From assembly GCA_951406725.2 (NCBI GenBank), contig OX597823.1, forward strand, positions 110,050,001-110,114,000: a DNA stretch of 64,000 bases. The letters are read 5' to 3'. This DNA is from Octopus vulgaris. Lineage: Eukaryota. The notes below the pieces were generated by a model. That model was not told where the DNA came from, ran no database searches, and saw nothing but the letters and a program-made list of their open reading frames with translations. This document shows positions 1-13,647 of the stretch, one piece after another; position 1 is the stretch's first letter, and every line of letters starts with the position of its first letter. A program made the position numbers and the translations under genes.

Positions 1-1031
1 TTCTTCTTTTTCCTTATGTATTGAACTCTTTCGTTTGTTGCAAATGTCTAAAAATCAGCAATAATGAATTCGGTTTACTGTTTTGAGAGGGTTCATATTT
101 CTTGTAAAATATATGCTATCTAAATATTTTCATTGAAATATCTGAATGTTTTATGAAAAGAAAGAGATGAGTGGTACATATTTCATTAACAATTTTCTTC
201 TAGAATGCATGGAAGTAAGTTTAAATTTTTAATGAAAAAAAATGTCCTATGCACGATGATGTTTGGAAGCCATTTAATATGTAATAATGGATCAAATCTG
301 AGAAAACGTATCACAACTTTCGAAACTTATTAGGTAAGAAATTAAGATCACTAGTGAGTCTCACGAATAATCATGTGTCATCTGCGACAACAAAATATCT
401 TTATCGACTGGCACAAACACATATTTACTATCATCATATAACAATACCAGCATTTTCAAATATATAATTGTACACCAAAATCGGTGTACAATTTGTGAAG
501 AGTTCTTCATTGATCCGACTATGGAATTGGTCGATAAACTCATAAAAGCTAAAGTAGTTGAAGGTACTAATTCTGTGTTTATAGTAAATTTTTCCATTTT
601 GTTCATGCCACAACATATATTTATGCATATTTCGGGATGCAACATATGCGATATAATTAAGAGATTCTCTAATTTTTGCTCCAACATATTTAGATCTCAT
701 ATTAATGTCGAACCCATTTTATCAATAAAAAAGAAACCTTCTTCTCACACAATGAATAACAGTTTGAACACTGAGGATTACTTGATATATAGCCAATTTC
801 AGTCACTGTACAATCATGATCATGATTTGAGAAAGTGATTCTCCTAACTACATTTAAAACGCTTTGGTTAATTATAATGGAGGATGAATAATACAGCTAA
901 AAAATGCTAAATTTAAGTTTTGTGCATCTGTGTTGAAATCATCGATATCAGCACATCTTTCAACGAAATTATATATACGAATAATGTCTCGAAGTTTTCC
1001 TTCTGTGTGAACGTTCATTGGTGGCTTTCTG

Positions 1032-1135
1032 TCAGATGGTCGTATCGTTGTGTCTACTGATAGAGGAAAGGACGTGTTTCCTATCGCATTCCTGAAAACC
1101 CATCCCTGACACAACCGTTCGATCCTCACTATTAT
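1032..1135 (-). CDS. Candidate terminal coding exon of an unidentified minus-strand gene
   Basis: On the minus strand a long pyrimidine tract ends ...TTTCTTTCTATCGTGCAG| (AG at 1137-1136). Phase-1 reading: (x)NSEDRTVVSGMGFQECDRKHVLSSISRHNDTTI*; a phase-0 reading is also open to 872. No upstream partner exon found and no family recognised. Confidence 0.25.
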
Positions 1136-1204
1136 CTGCACGATAGAAAGAAAAGAGGGTGGGAAGGGTGGGAAGGAAGGAAGGAAGGAAAGAAGGAAGG
1201 AAGG

Positions 1205-1367
1205 AAAGAAGAAGAAGAAGAAGAAGAAGAAGAAGAAGAAGAAGAAGAAGAAGAAGAAGAAGAAGAAGAAGAAGAATTGCGCGTCCATAGAACCCGTTCT
1301 TGAAATTGGCTGACAATTCAAGCAGAATTAAAAGTCACTGTAGCAACCACGGCAACAGCACCTACAG

Positions 1368-1407
<40 letters not shown>

Positions 1408-1411
1408 AACA

Positions 1412-1509
<98 letters not shown>

Positions 1510-1570
1510 AACAACTACTACTACTACTACTGCTACTGCTGCTACTACTGCTGCTGCTGCTGCACTACTG
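1205..1570. repeat. (GAA)n then (TAC/TGC)n trinucleotide microsatellites
   Basis: Read directly: GAA run about 1205-1275, TAC/TGC run about 1368-1570. Confidence 0.95.
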
Positions 1571-1933
1571 CTGTTACTTCAGCTTCTTGTACTTCTCCTT
1601 CTTGTACTTCCTCTTCTGCGAGGACTGTATATGAGCATGATGTATAATTGATCGTAATGTACAAAGAAAGGCTCAAAAAGTACCCATGATCGCTGATATT
1701 CAACTATTTACACTCGACTCACTCATAATCGACGATAAAAGGTGGTTTATACGGCTCAGTTTTTAAACAGGCATTAGTGTGGCTGTTAGGTCTGTTATAT
1801 ACATAAAGCTCAGCTTTATAAATCTGAACTAATAGCTACATCTAAAACACACAACTCATAATGGTAGCTAAAAATCTGAAAATTGTCAGGTCCGAATTCA
1901 TGTATTATCTTTCAGAAGCATTACCGACTTTGT

Positions 1934-1974
<41 letters not shown>

Positions 1975-1975
<1 letters not shown>

Positions 1976-2200
1976 TGTTGTGTCAGGGGAGAGTAAATAA
2001 CGGACAGAGTGAAGACTATTGAAAAGGTTGCAAAACGCAACGAAAATTTTAGAAAATAAAAAATAAGAAATAAGTGGAAATTTTACCGGTGAGTGTGTTA
2101 AATAGGGCACTAAAAGAGAATGACTCTCCCCAGACACAACAGAATATGCTTCAACACATGAACTCATATAAAAATTCTTGCAAACCAAATCCAAAAACGA
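1975..2200. mobile_element. Short element with 20 bp inverted repeat, between (TA)n tracts
   Basis: CTGTTGTGTCAGGGGAGAGT (1975-1994) is the reverse complement, with one mismatch, of ACTCTCCCCAGACACAACAG (2123-2142). The left arm abuts a TA array. Confidence 0.5.
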
Positions 2201-2270
2201 AATATATATGTGTATATATTTATATACATCTCTCTCTCTTTATATGTATATATATATATACATATATACA

Positions 2271-2346
<76 letters not shown>

Positions 2347-3000
2347 TCTCACTCTATGTATGCACACAAATCCTGTCCTCTAGCATATAAGAAATAGCAG
2401 CCACATCTTCATCCAACAGCAAACTATGCTCATTGGATAATTGAATCCAGAGTACTCTATTTCTAAAACTGAAAAAGAAAAAGAAAAAAACTGATTGGGA
2501 TTAACTGAGCTTAAGTAGATTGGAACATAAATCCACTTGATCAGAACTGACTGGCGGTTAAACAATAAGAACAATAAGAGCAGCAAGAAATTAAATATAG
2601 CATTGAAAATGCCACTAGAAGACTCATTAATTAAACAAAAGTCCCATTGGTGGCGTAGGCAGACCAATGAACAGCTCAATGCTATCAACTAAAAGCCACA
2701 CGTCATTTGATCGAGGTATCACACTCGCTCCACATGTGTTATCCAATTTTCACTCAGATATATTAAATCTGATAGTGATTTTAGTTACCTGTCCATAGCA
2801 AGACTGTAGATACAGTCATCCAATTCATGTGATCAATATATTCGAGGAAGGCACAGACGTACCATATCATTATTGCTTTTGCCAAATAAACATTTCAACA
2901 CTTTAATGTATATGTATATACACAATATCAGACATACATTCAGTCACATACATTCGTGTAGGTCTACGCATATATATTAGACATATACATACATCCATAA

Positions 3001-3032
<32 letters not shown>

Positions 3033-3174
3033 CTGGGTGTAGTTGCTTGTTTGTGTGTGCATGCGTGTGTTTATACATAGAGTGAGATCTGTGTGGGTGT
3101 ATATATGTACATAAATATGTAGATGTGTACATATAAATACGAACATGCACAAACACACATGCACGTAGATATAT

Positions 3175-3219
<45 letters not shown>

Positions 3220-3246
3220 ATATATGACATATATATATATATATAT

Positions 3247-3294
<48 letters not shown>

Positions 3295-4782
3295 TATATA
3301 TATATGTCATATATATATATATATATGATATATAGATAAATATTATTACTTTTATATGGAAACTGAATGCCCTTGTCAACTTTCTGATATTGAAACATTA
3401 CCGAATATAAGAGATCGTGCTATGCGCAGGACGTCGTTCACACACTTTTCCCTCTTCATTGACCATTAATTTACATCAGGGTGGTAACTTAATGCCATTT
3501 GTCATAAATTTCTCATCTCTTGTATCCAGAAAACCATCAAAACAAGCCATCTTAAAACCTTGCTTAAATTAGGGAACTTATTTTGATATTTGATTCAAAT
3601 TGATATCTGTCTCTCCCCAGAGAGACACACCAGAATCATTCTGATGAATATTTCAAGGTCTGATTGAGATAAAAGTTTCCGAAAACTAGAAACCATAATT
3701 GCTGTCTTGGGGAATCTTTCTATCTCTTTCCTTCACTCTCTCACACTTCCCCTCCCTCTCGTCTCTCACTCTCTCACTCTCTCACTATCTCGTATGTATA
3801 TATATATATATATATATATGGATGCACTTATATATGTGTTTATAGCAGGACAGGTAGAGAAAAAAAGAGAGAGATAGAGAGATAGAGACTGAGAGAAAAT
3901 GTGAGAGAGACTCAGAGGTGGGTGGTGGTGAAGTATATGTTTCGTATTGGAGGCGAATACTTTCTAAGGATAATATCATGGCTTTAACTATTGGTTGATA
4001 ATTCTTAAATGCAACTTTCAAAATGAAATATCAATAAAGGAAAATCAGTCAGAAAAACTATAACTGTATCGGCTCTAAAAAGCTCTGTATTTTCACTAAT
4101 ATAATTTATAAGTCTTTTGGGTATGTTATAATATATACTTACTGATTGCAGTGTAAAAGGAATAAAATATTTGGTTTATTAGTTTTGATTTTTATTTAGT
4201 TATTTTTTCCTTTTCTTTTATATATCGTATTCCCATATCATTTTACTTCCTAAGCCAAAATGGATTACATTCACAATTAATATTGTTATATAGTTGGCAT
4301 CAATAGAGAGAGATTATATTTTGAGACAATCTAAAATATCGTTAATAGTGCTGTAACTTTTTGCAGATTTCTCATGGGGCTTAAACATATTTCAGAGGGT
4401 TTAGCACAAATTTCCTAATCATTCATATGTCCAACGCACATAGATTTTTGACGATCTAATAACCATTTTAACATAACCAGTTTATCCTCGATTGAAAAAC
4501 TTTCTCCGACTTGTGATTTTACATTACAACTTGAAGAATTTCCTGTAGCCAATCGATTAGGTTTACGATATAATCGATTATTCGACAGTAAAATGTTTTA
4601 AATAAATAAAATGTTTTACAAGAAGTGCAATAAAAATTTAGATATTTTGCTTTTTCTTTCTATCTTCCTTCCGTTTTTCTTCTTTAAATACGAAATAGCT
4701 ACAGGGGAGGACAGAACCTGGTTCATTCTAAAGCTAAATACTAGATAGTATTAATATGTAATATTTTGAAAATCCCATATAA

Positions 4783-4825
<43 letters not shown>

Positions 4826-4829
4826 CATG

Positions 4830-4920
<91 letters not shown>

Positions 4921-4922
<2 letters not shown>

Positions 4923-5442
4923 AACATTTAGAGGACTGACCACTAAAAGTGGACAGCCTATGTGCTAGATATAGACGGCAAAATCGCCATTTTCCACGAA
5001 GAAAGTGTTCTCAAGAAAAAACTCAACAAAAAACCAAAGTGTAAAAATATACAAAACAAATGAAAATATACGAAATAAAAACGATTACCTATATACTAAT
5101 TAGTTTCAATTGTTTAATATTTACGTATATGGACACGTAATCATCTGCAAGATCATCAGCGTTGTCTGTCGTTTACGAAACACAATTTGCAGAACTAGAT
5201 ACAGAACGTTCAATCGAAATCCAGTATGTATAAAGTTCTACAAATTATATTTACGTGTATCCTTTCAAATGCCTTCACTTTGGCGCGTTGAGATCGGAAA
5301 TTATTCTGCAGTTAATAAAGTACAGCAGTCAATTTACCGGTTAGAGAACATTTTTTTTATCTAAAATAAATATATGGGTAGAAACTGATATTAATCAATT
5401 AAAACCAGTGGCCTAGCATATTTTTAGAAGATCCGAAGATTA

Positions 5443-5447
<5 letters not shown>
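4921..5447 (-). mobile_element. Possible Penelope-like non-autonomous element in a TA array, with a degenerate hammerhead motif
   Basis: Complex 530 bp block bounded by (TA)n on both sides. Minus strand has CTGATGA (5159-5153) ... GAAAC-TAATTA-GTA (5107-5094) with palindromic stem III ACTAATTAGT. Stem I and the base of stem II pair poorly. Confidence 0.35.
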
Positions 5448-5492
<45 letters not shown>

Positions 5493-5511
5493 TGTCCTTA
5501 CACTTTTTAAT

Positions 5512-6082
5512 GCTTTTACTCGTTTCAGTCATTCGACTGTAGCCATGCTGCTGCATTACCTTGAAGGGTTTTGGTCGAACAAATTTACCCGAATACTTTA
5601 TTTTTATAGTCAAGTACTTATTCTATCGGTCACTTTTGCTCGTACCGCTACGTTACGAGGGCTATAAAACACCAGCGCCGGTTGTCAAGCGGTGATGGGG
5701 AAAAACACAGACACAAAGACACACACACAGATATAAACATATATACATACATACATACGCACTGACACGCACATGAGACGTAGGGAATTGATCATGATAT
5801 GCAATTAGTATTTTACTGAACCTACAAAAAATGGCAGCTGAGATCTCGGGGATATTCAAGATTTAAAACCTGTGGGCTTCTTTCAGTTTCCGTCTACCAA
5901 ATCTAGTCACAAGACTTTGGTCGGCTTGAGGCTATAGTTGAAAACATTTGCTCAAAGGTGCTACGCAGATGCCACGCAGGTGCCAGTCAGTTACCACCTA
6001 GGTACGACGTAGGTGCCACGCAGTTGGACTGAACTCAGAAACTTGTGGTCAGGAACCAAGTTTCATATCACAGTCATACCTA
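5512..6082 (-). mobile_element. tRNA-derived SINE, family B, decayed copy
   Basis: Colinear with 57838-58251 (TTTCAGTCATT.GACTG..GCCATGCTG, TTTCAGTTTCCGTCTACCAAATC, GGACTGAAC), with insertions. Confidence 0.75.
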
Positions 6083-8447
6083 TGATTAAATTAAAGTATT
6101 TTTTACTGAGCATTCATGCTTCATGTCTATTAAGTTACAAATGCATTTGTATATTTAAAAGCAAATTCACATTGTGTGCCTGTGTATGTATGTTTAGGTA
6201 AACTAAGAAGTTGAACCTGCTCTTAAACAACCGAGTCATTTGTATACTCTGATATTACATTTTACATAATTAAGACAAGAAGTATTAGCCATGCTTTAGA
6301 TATTTATGAAAAACAGGTAAATATATATGAAGAAGTATAACGGTGAACATTAATTAACCAGATTGATACCCAAATATATATTATATCGTTAAAAAAAGGG
6401 GTAAAATCTGTTTTCATCCTAAGTAGTGTTGCTTTATTCTGATTTCATTTTATATGAACTGCCTCAAGTGTCACAATGTGTTCATGGTAATGAATGTAGG
6501 TTATGTTATTTACAAACACACCAGCACTAATCAAAGAAACCAATATTTAAAGGCACTCCTTTAGTGGCAGTCCAGATATTTGTATATCTCTAACTGATTT
6601 GTCATTTGTCTGTGTCATTTCTGTTTTAAGACATTTATTAGAGGGATGATTTAATTTTATTTCATACCTACCAGCCTAATACAAAGAGTCTCCTTTACAT
6701 CTTTAGATTTTGAAGAGTAAGGTTACGACACTGGTCTTTCAAATTTTAACCATACTTTCTAAATTATGTACGTTTTTCATTTTTCCGTTTCAATTTAGCT
6801 TTATTAATGATTGCATCTGTGAATTTCTACAGCATGCATTGTCTGACCAAGTGTTTTATCTTCATTTACAAGTATAAGAAAATGTGAACGTGTTCTCTTT
6901 TACCTGGTAGTCATCCATTTTTGTTTTTGCATTTCTATACATATATTCTACAGAAATTATAAACACGACCATACAACTGTGCTGTATAGAAGTTTGTATC
7001 ACAAGTATGGTATTGTGGATTCGGTGCAACAGAATCTAACATAGGGTTAGTGTGAGTCTTAGGATACAGAACAATTTGCAAACTGAGAAGGTGCGGGAAC
7101 GCTTAGAATGGACTGTAACTGCTTAGCAATACTAAAGTTGGTACAAAGTCCCTTGAAGCACTGTTATTCTTTAAGTAGAGCCCGTAATGCTTCTACTATA
7201 ATTCTAGTTGGACACCAAGCCCTAGTTTTATTTCTCTCATCTATTTATCTCCTCTACAAAAGAGACATACAAATATTATCTATTTAGTTTCGTGTTTTAA
7301 ATGTATGGTGAGTCTAGCAATTATAATGGAGTTGGAAACTTCCCTCTTATCTCATTAAATTATAAATTATATGGAAGACACTGAAACCACGAAGAGATCT
7401 GGTGAAGAGAAATACATCCGTATTAGAAGATGCGTAGCGCTCATATGTTTTTGTAATATATAATTAGTGATCATATATTTCTTCACTAACATAATGGTAT
7501 CAATTGTATCATGAGATAAAAACATTCACGCATACGCAAATGTATAAATGCATATATATGTGCATACATATAAACGCAAACACACAAACATGTATATACA
7601 TATATTCAGATTATCCAGCTCAGGTACAATCACTGAAAGTGCACATCGACTTACAGGAATTCGGTGCCACATATATATGCATGTGCACATATATATGCAC
7701 ACAAATGCGAGCGTGTGTAAGTGTGCATAGTTTTGAAATTATTGTAAATCGTGTCTAAAACATGTATACAATTTTGTTTTATCTTAGAGACTGTAACTAC
7801 TATACTTTAATTAAATGTTGGTTGTCAAAGGACGCTAGTAGAAATTTAATTGACAATTTCATTGGATGGGTCTTCACATATGTACTTATGCATTAGATTG
7901 ATATATATATATATATGTATATGTGTGTGTATGTGTGTGTGTATGTATCTATGTATGTATGTATATATATGTATGTATGTATATATATATATGTATATAT
8001 ATGTGAATGTTTATATATATATATATATATCTGTGCATATCTATGTGTGTATGTATGTGTGTGTAACTATATAAATATAGATAGGTAGATACGGATATAT
8101 AGTTATAGATATGCATATATATATATATGAGTAACTATACACACTCCAATGTGTAAATAAATATATATATATGTATGTATGTATGTTTTATGCATACATG
8201 TATGTGTGTACGCATCCACGTATATATGTATGTATATATGTATGTAGGTTATATGTGTGTGTATGTTTAGTTGAAGAATGTTCTCCGCTTACTTTTCTGA
8301 TTGATTATAATACCTCTGAAGATTTGCTTAATGTATGTCCACCTATAAACTCAGAGGGAAACAGAAGAAGTGATAAATATTCACACACATACATATATAC
8401 ACGTAATTACGTACACAAATTTACCATCACATGCACATACACAAAAA

Positions 8448-8504
<57 letters not shown>

Positions 8505-9180
8505 GTATGTATATATGCAAAGATGATGCTTCCATTGAAAATCGGTCTCATTTTTTGCTGTTACATTTATGATTATTTTACCCATTTTTTACTTAGTTGT
8601 ATGTATATTCGTATATATTTTTGTTGTTATTATATTTTATATGAATCACACTTTACAATGAAAGACCATGTCAGGAGCCAAAGCCATTAGATGAAACTTC
8701 GGCTCGCTTAGACGTTAACAAGAAGCACTTGTCAAATAACGTTTAATCTTTTTTGACCATTAGGACTGGACATCTCCGGCAAAATGACAAGTTCTGTTTT
8801 GTTAGGTTTTCTTTTTCATCTATAGTGGGTGTTTACTATTTTTTATTGTAGTTTTATGGCATTTTTTTGTTTGTTTATAGTGCTTTCACTTTTTTTATTT
8901 ATAATTATTGCTTTTTTTCTGGCATTTTTTCTTTTTCTTTTCTGTGTTAGAATTTAGTTTTTGCAATTTTTTCCCGTGTGATCCATTTCACCCTCAGTTT
9001 TTTTTCTTATCTTTATCTTTTAAATAAGGACCATAAATTAGTTTTTTTTTTCTTTTTTACTTTCTAATAAGATATGGGATATTAGATCTTACTCTCCCCT
9101 CAATCCCTGCAATTACCAACACTTGCTGCGATTTTACATTATATATGTATAAATATACATACATATAAATAAATGTGTAC

Positions 9181-9269
<89 letters not shown>

Positions 9270-11339
9270 TATATATATATATAATATACATATGCATACA
9301 AATATATACATACATAATATATATGTGTGTATTCATATACATACATATGTATGTGTGTGTATGTACATATCTGTATCTGTGTTTGTGTGAATGCATGATA
9401 AATAAATTGATGGTCATCTCTATGAGGAATTATATCATCAGTGAGAATTGAAAGCTCAGACAGCCTGTTTCCTCTGATCTAGTCTGAAAGTTGTCAAATT
9501 ACTGACCAGCCTTTGAGGTCTTATGCTATAATTTAAATTGATTCTATCAATCTCGAGCTGGGAAGGGAGGACTTGATATGCTTAAGTATTTGACTAAAAT
9601 ATCTACCTCGAAGCAGCCATTGCTCTGTGAAATTAACAAATGTTACTTTGGCTTGTAGGGATAGCATCAACCCCTCCCATAAGTGAATGCTTCTGCTTAG
9701 AAAAAGGAATTAAATCTCGCAGGTCTTATCTATAAATCAAAGTGAAAGGGAATAAACATTGGATGATCTACACTTGCAAAAACATAAATATAAAGTTTAA
9801 AAAATACATATAATTCGTAAACGAAAATAAGTTGGTGCGCCTTGACGAGAGTAAAGTTTGGAATAAATTAAGAAGCATTCGACCCACCACGTTGGAATGT
9901 AAGTCCCTTTCCATCCTCCCAACACAAGGACCTAACTTACTGTATTAATATTAGAGATAAATGTATCTGACCATCCATAAATAAGGAAACCTACATTCTA
10001 TTCTCCAACAGTTTCAAAGACAGGTAACATTGTTATGATGAATAATTTATGAAACATTTGTGTTGCTGAAGATGTGAAACAGAACAGAACACATCACTCA
10101 TCAAATTGTCATTTTTCCACTTTTTAACTAATTTTTAAATACAAACCACAGGTTTAAAATCTTGAAGTATTCGGTAATGGTTTCATTATAAATATATATT
10201 AATTACTGCAACAACAGCAAAATAAATGTTGGTAATATAGACTGAATATTGGTATACACAGAATATGAAAATAAAACTCAGTTTGCATAATATTTGTGGC
10301 ATGTATTATGAATACAAAACTATCGACGATATCATGAAAAATTTATATTAAGAGTAATAAAGTTACCTGTTTCTGATTTAAGCATCCACTTATGGGAGGG
10401 GTTGATGCTGTTCCTACAAACTGAAGTAGCACAAATAGTCAATTGGTAAATTATTTTAACGACCACGAATGAATGAAAGGCCAATTCGAACTCGGTTCGT
10501 TTTAAACTCACCCACTTTTCTCATACAATAGCCATTCTTCAAGTGCTCTGTTAGTTATTTCCAGCAATGTCTCTGATGAAGGTATCATTAATTTTCTTTT
10601 GACTTTGAATTTACCTCAATTGAGCAAAAGACCAATTGAGAAAACCTATCTATAATGACTACTGGAAAGAGCTGTAAGCCAAATTCGCTATAATAATGGA
10701 TTTATTTATAATGACTATTATATATCACCCTTTAAAAACTAGTTAGTCTGAAGCCTATCCACGCATTTACAAAATAGAATTGTAGTGAACCATAACTTTG
10801 GGCCCTACCAAAAGATTACCTGATGTTCTTCACTAATTCAGGTATTATTGTTAACCTGGTGTACCAACACATCTTATGAAGTATTTTGCCCGGGTTCATA
10901 ATCCCTCACTATATATATATTAGTTAGTTTGTGTGATTATATATGCATGTGTGTGTGTATGCGTGCGTGTAGATATTCTACAGCCACACAATAAAAGTTA
11001 CCTTTTCTAGTCCTCCTAATATTAAGTCGTATATCAATAAGCAACGGACGACTCAAGCCTGCCCCGGATGCACATGTAGAGACAAATCTAAATGTCCTCT
11101 AGAATAGGAATGCGATATATCTTCCCTTGTGTGTGAAACAAAAGTTTCAGAAAATTATGACATCGGTCGTACAAACATCGAACGCTATATCGGAGCCGTG
11201 GAACGGAAATTTGAATCTAGATATAACGATCATCTTTCGAATTTTTAGTTCCTTGCCAAGAGGCATTCAACAACCCTTACGGCTTTAGTCTGAAAACTTA
11301 AAAAACTTAAAGGGACCTATTCGATAACAAATGGAGAAG

Positions 11340-11610
11340 CCAGATCTATATTTAAGAGATGAACAATTATGTACATTATTTACATTATTTACATTTTCCG
11401 GATATATGTCTTTATTTTGTTTGTTGTTAACACAACGTTTCGGCTGATATATCTGCCAGCCTTCATCTTGGGAAAATTTCGAAACTGGGTTTTTATTCCA
11501 CGGACATATGGCGTATTGGTTAAAAGCGCGGGCTACTAACCTCAAGATTCCACGTTCGATTCCAAGCAGTGACCTGAACAATAATAATAACAACAACAAT
11601 AACAACAACA

Positions 11611-11662
<52 letters not shown>

Positions 11663-11785
11663 TAGAAAAATACCTTAGGAATGAGAACCCAGGTTCGAAA
11701 TTTCTCCAAGACACCTGATGAAGGGTGGATGATTTATCAGCCGAAACGTTGTTTTAACAACAAACAAGTGGAAATAATGTAAAAT
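11340..11785 (+). mobile_element. Composite element: inverted tail copy + tRNA-like head + (AAT/AAC)n + hammerhead-bearing tail
   Basis: Head 11502-11575 with A box TGGCGTATTGG and B box GTTCGATTCC; microsatellite 11578-11661; tail 11662-11785. 11375-11500 is a reverse-complement copy of the tail. The same tail recurs at 23545-23700. Confidence 0.8.
11710..11755 (+). ncRNA. Minimal type I hammerhead ribozyme motif (mutated copy)
   Basis: GACAC-CTGATGA-A-GGGTG[GATGATTTAT]CAGCC-GAAAC-GTT-GTTTT. Core boxes at 11715-11721 and 11743-11747; one mismatch each in stems I and II, both of which are paired in sister copies. Confidence 0.65.
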
Positions 11786-12098
11786 GGAGAATTCTTTCAA
11801 AATCTAGACCCTATATTGACGGGTCTAGAAAATGTCCTATGTGTTCACTTTAAAAAATGTAACTAGGAAAACACTTGAGAACCGCTAACAAATACATAAA
11901 CTCGAGGACCGAGATTTTTTTTCTTTATGTTCACATTTCAAAAAGTACGTCTTGTCGGAATTTGAAAGCAGACCACCGAGCACTTTGTAAACCATTAACA
12001 TCTCGTTTACGTCTGCTTGATATAAAGAGGGACGAAGGCAACAAAGGGGGGAGAAGAGAGAGAAAGAAGGAATTAAAGAGGGGAGAAGAAAGAGTGCG

Positions 12099-12156
<58 letters not shown>

Positions 12157-12371
12157 GCTGGTTTATATATATATATATATATATACGCTGGATAAGCGCT
12201 ATAGTTGGTTGTCCATTAGGTTCCAAATTCTCAGCTGATGTTGATTCCAGGGATCCTTATGAGAGTTCCATTATAACAGTATATATTATATTAGAGGAAA
12301 AAGCACAACCTAAAGAGAACGAGTAATCAAAGTTATTTATAATGATTTATTTAGGGTAAAGTGAATTTGAA

Positions 12372-12442
12372 GATTTACAGCCGTTTCCGGGATAACACAA
12401 GTGGTTGGTTAGCATGTCCACGGGTATTCCGTCATCAGAGAC
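12372..12442 (-). ncRNA. Degenerate hammerhead ribozyme motif of a different family
   Basis: Minus strand: GTCT-CTGATGA-CGGAATA...TATCCCG-GAAAC-GGCT-GTA. Stem II 6 of 7 pairs, stem III AC(GGCT)GT, GUA triplet, stem I poorly paired. Lies in a block starting at a TA array (about 12186). Confidence 0.5.
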
Positions 12443-13647
12443 AATGAATGAATATTTCAGACAGGGAAAATTTGCCCTTTTGAAGGAATGAATTAGAAGA
12501 ATAAATGAGTAAATAGCAGAATAATGAGTAAAGGTAGAATACAGACGGGAGAATAATGTTCACAACTTATCTTATTCCAGAAGGTATGGATGTTCGTTGG
12601 TACTTCAATGAAGGTACACTTCCTGAGCTAAAATCCGAGGTAAATCCAGGCGGTGTGCTGGCAGTATTTTGAATGGCGTATTCATATTGAAGCAATAACT
12701 AGTATGTAAATATGTGTATAAAGCAAGAAAGTAAGATAGTCATAAATGGGTTTTGTGAGTGGGTGTGTATGGGAGAGAGAAAAGAAAGAGAGAATGAGAA
12801 TAGAAAAGAATAGAAATATGATAGATATGTATACGCATTTTTCTTTCCTTTTCTCTTCCCCATAAGTATCTTAGAAACTAGCTAATTTCAATTCAATAAT
12901 GTTTAGTTTTAATAGTTCTTTAGGTTTTAGGTTTCAATGGATAACATTTAAACAAGAGACTCCCGTACAGAATAAGACAGAATTTCACCGGTTGCAACTT
13001 CTATTTTATTCATATCCGCTCCTTATTCTTTGGCATTTTCTACAGAATTAAAAGGCGATGTCACTGATGTTTATGAATTTCATTATATATTACAGTTTAA
13101 TCATAGAACTGAGATTCGAAAGTGATCATGCAATTTTCCATGCATGCGCATTTTAATGTGATGAATATGAGACGAAGTGTTGTATATTCTGTGATAGTAT
13201 AATGTTATTGATGGTAACGTTTTAATCTAAAATTTAAGGGATTCGATGAAAGATTCAATTTTTTACCTTAAAATGTGTGAATCATCCACTTCAGAGAAAA
13301 ACATCATCCAACAACGGCAGAGTTTGTCCACGAGCCAAGATATACACTATCTAAAAGAGAAAGGTCTGAAATAATTTCTCCTTTTAACTGTTTATGAACG
13401 GAAAGAAGACATATCAAAGACGTATGTAAAATTAAGTTACAGAATATTGGGATGTTTTAAACATCCCATCTGAAAATTTAAAGCAAGTTGAGCTAGAACT
13501 ATTATGAAAGAAAGGATCTCGTTTACTATGGAATAAGCCCAAATTGTTATGAGGAAAAATCACTATCATTGAGCATCTGACAAACTACAAAAAAACCTTA
13601 GTAACCTATTTGGAATATTTCTACGTGATACATTCCTACATATGACT

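Noticed and set aside
2380-2470. Minus-strand acceptor (TTTTTCTTTTTCAG) and possible exon
   Set aside because: No convincing donor or recognisable peptide, and the segment includes the dispersed GCTGCTATTTCT motif.
11502-11575. Functional tRNA gene
   Set aside because: A and B boxes are present, but acceptor and anticodon stems pair poorly and there is no T-run terminator; best read as a SINE head. The same applies to the other SINE heads.
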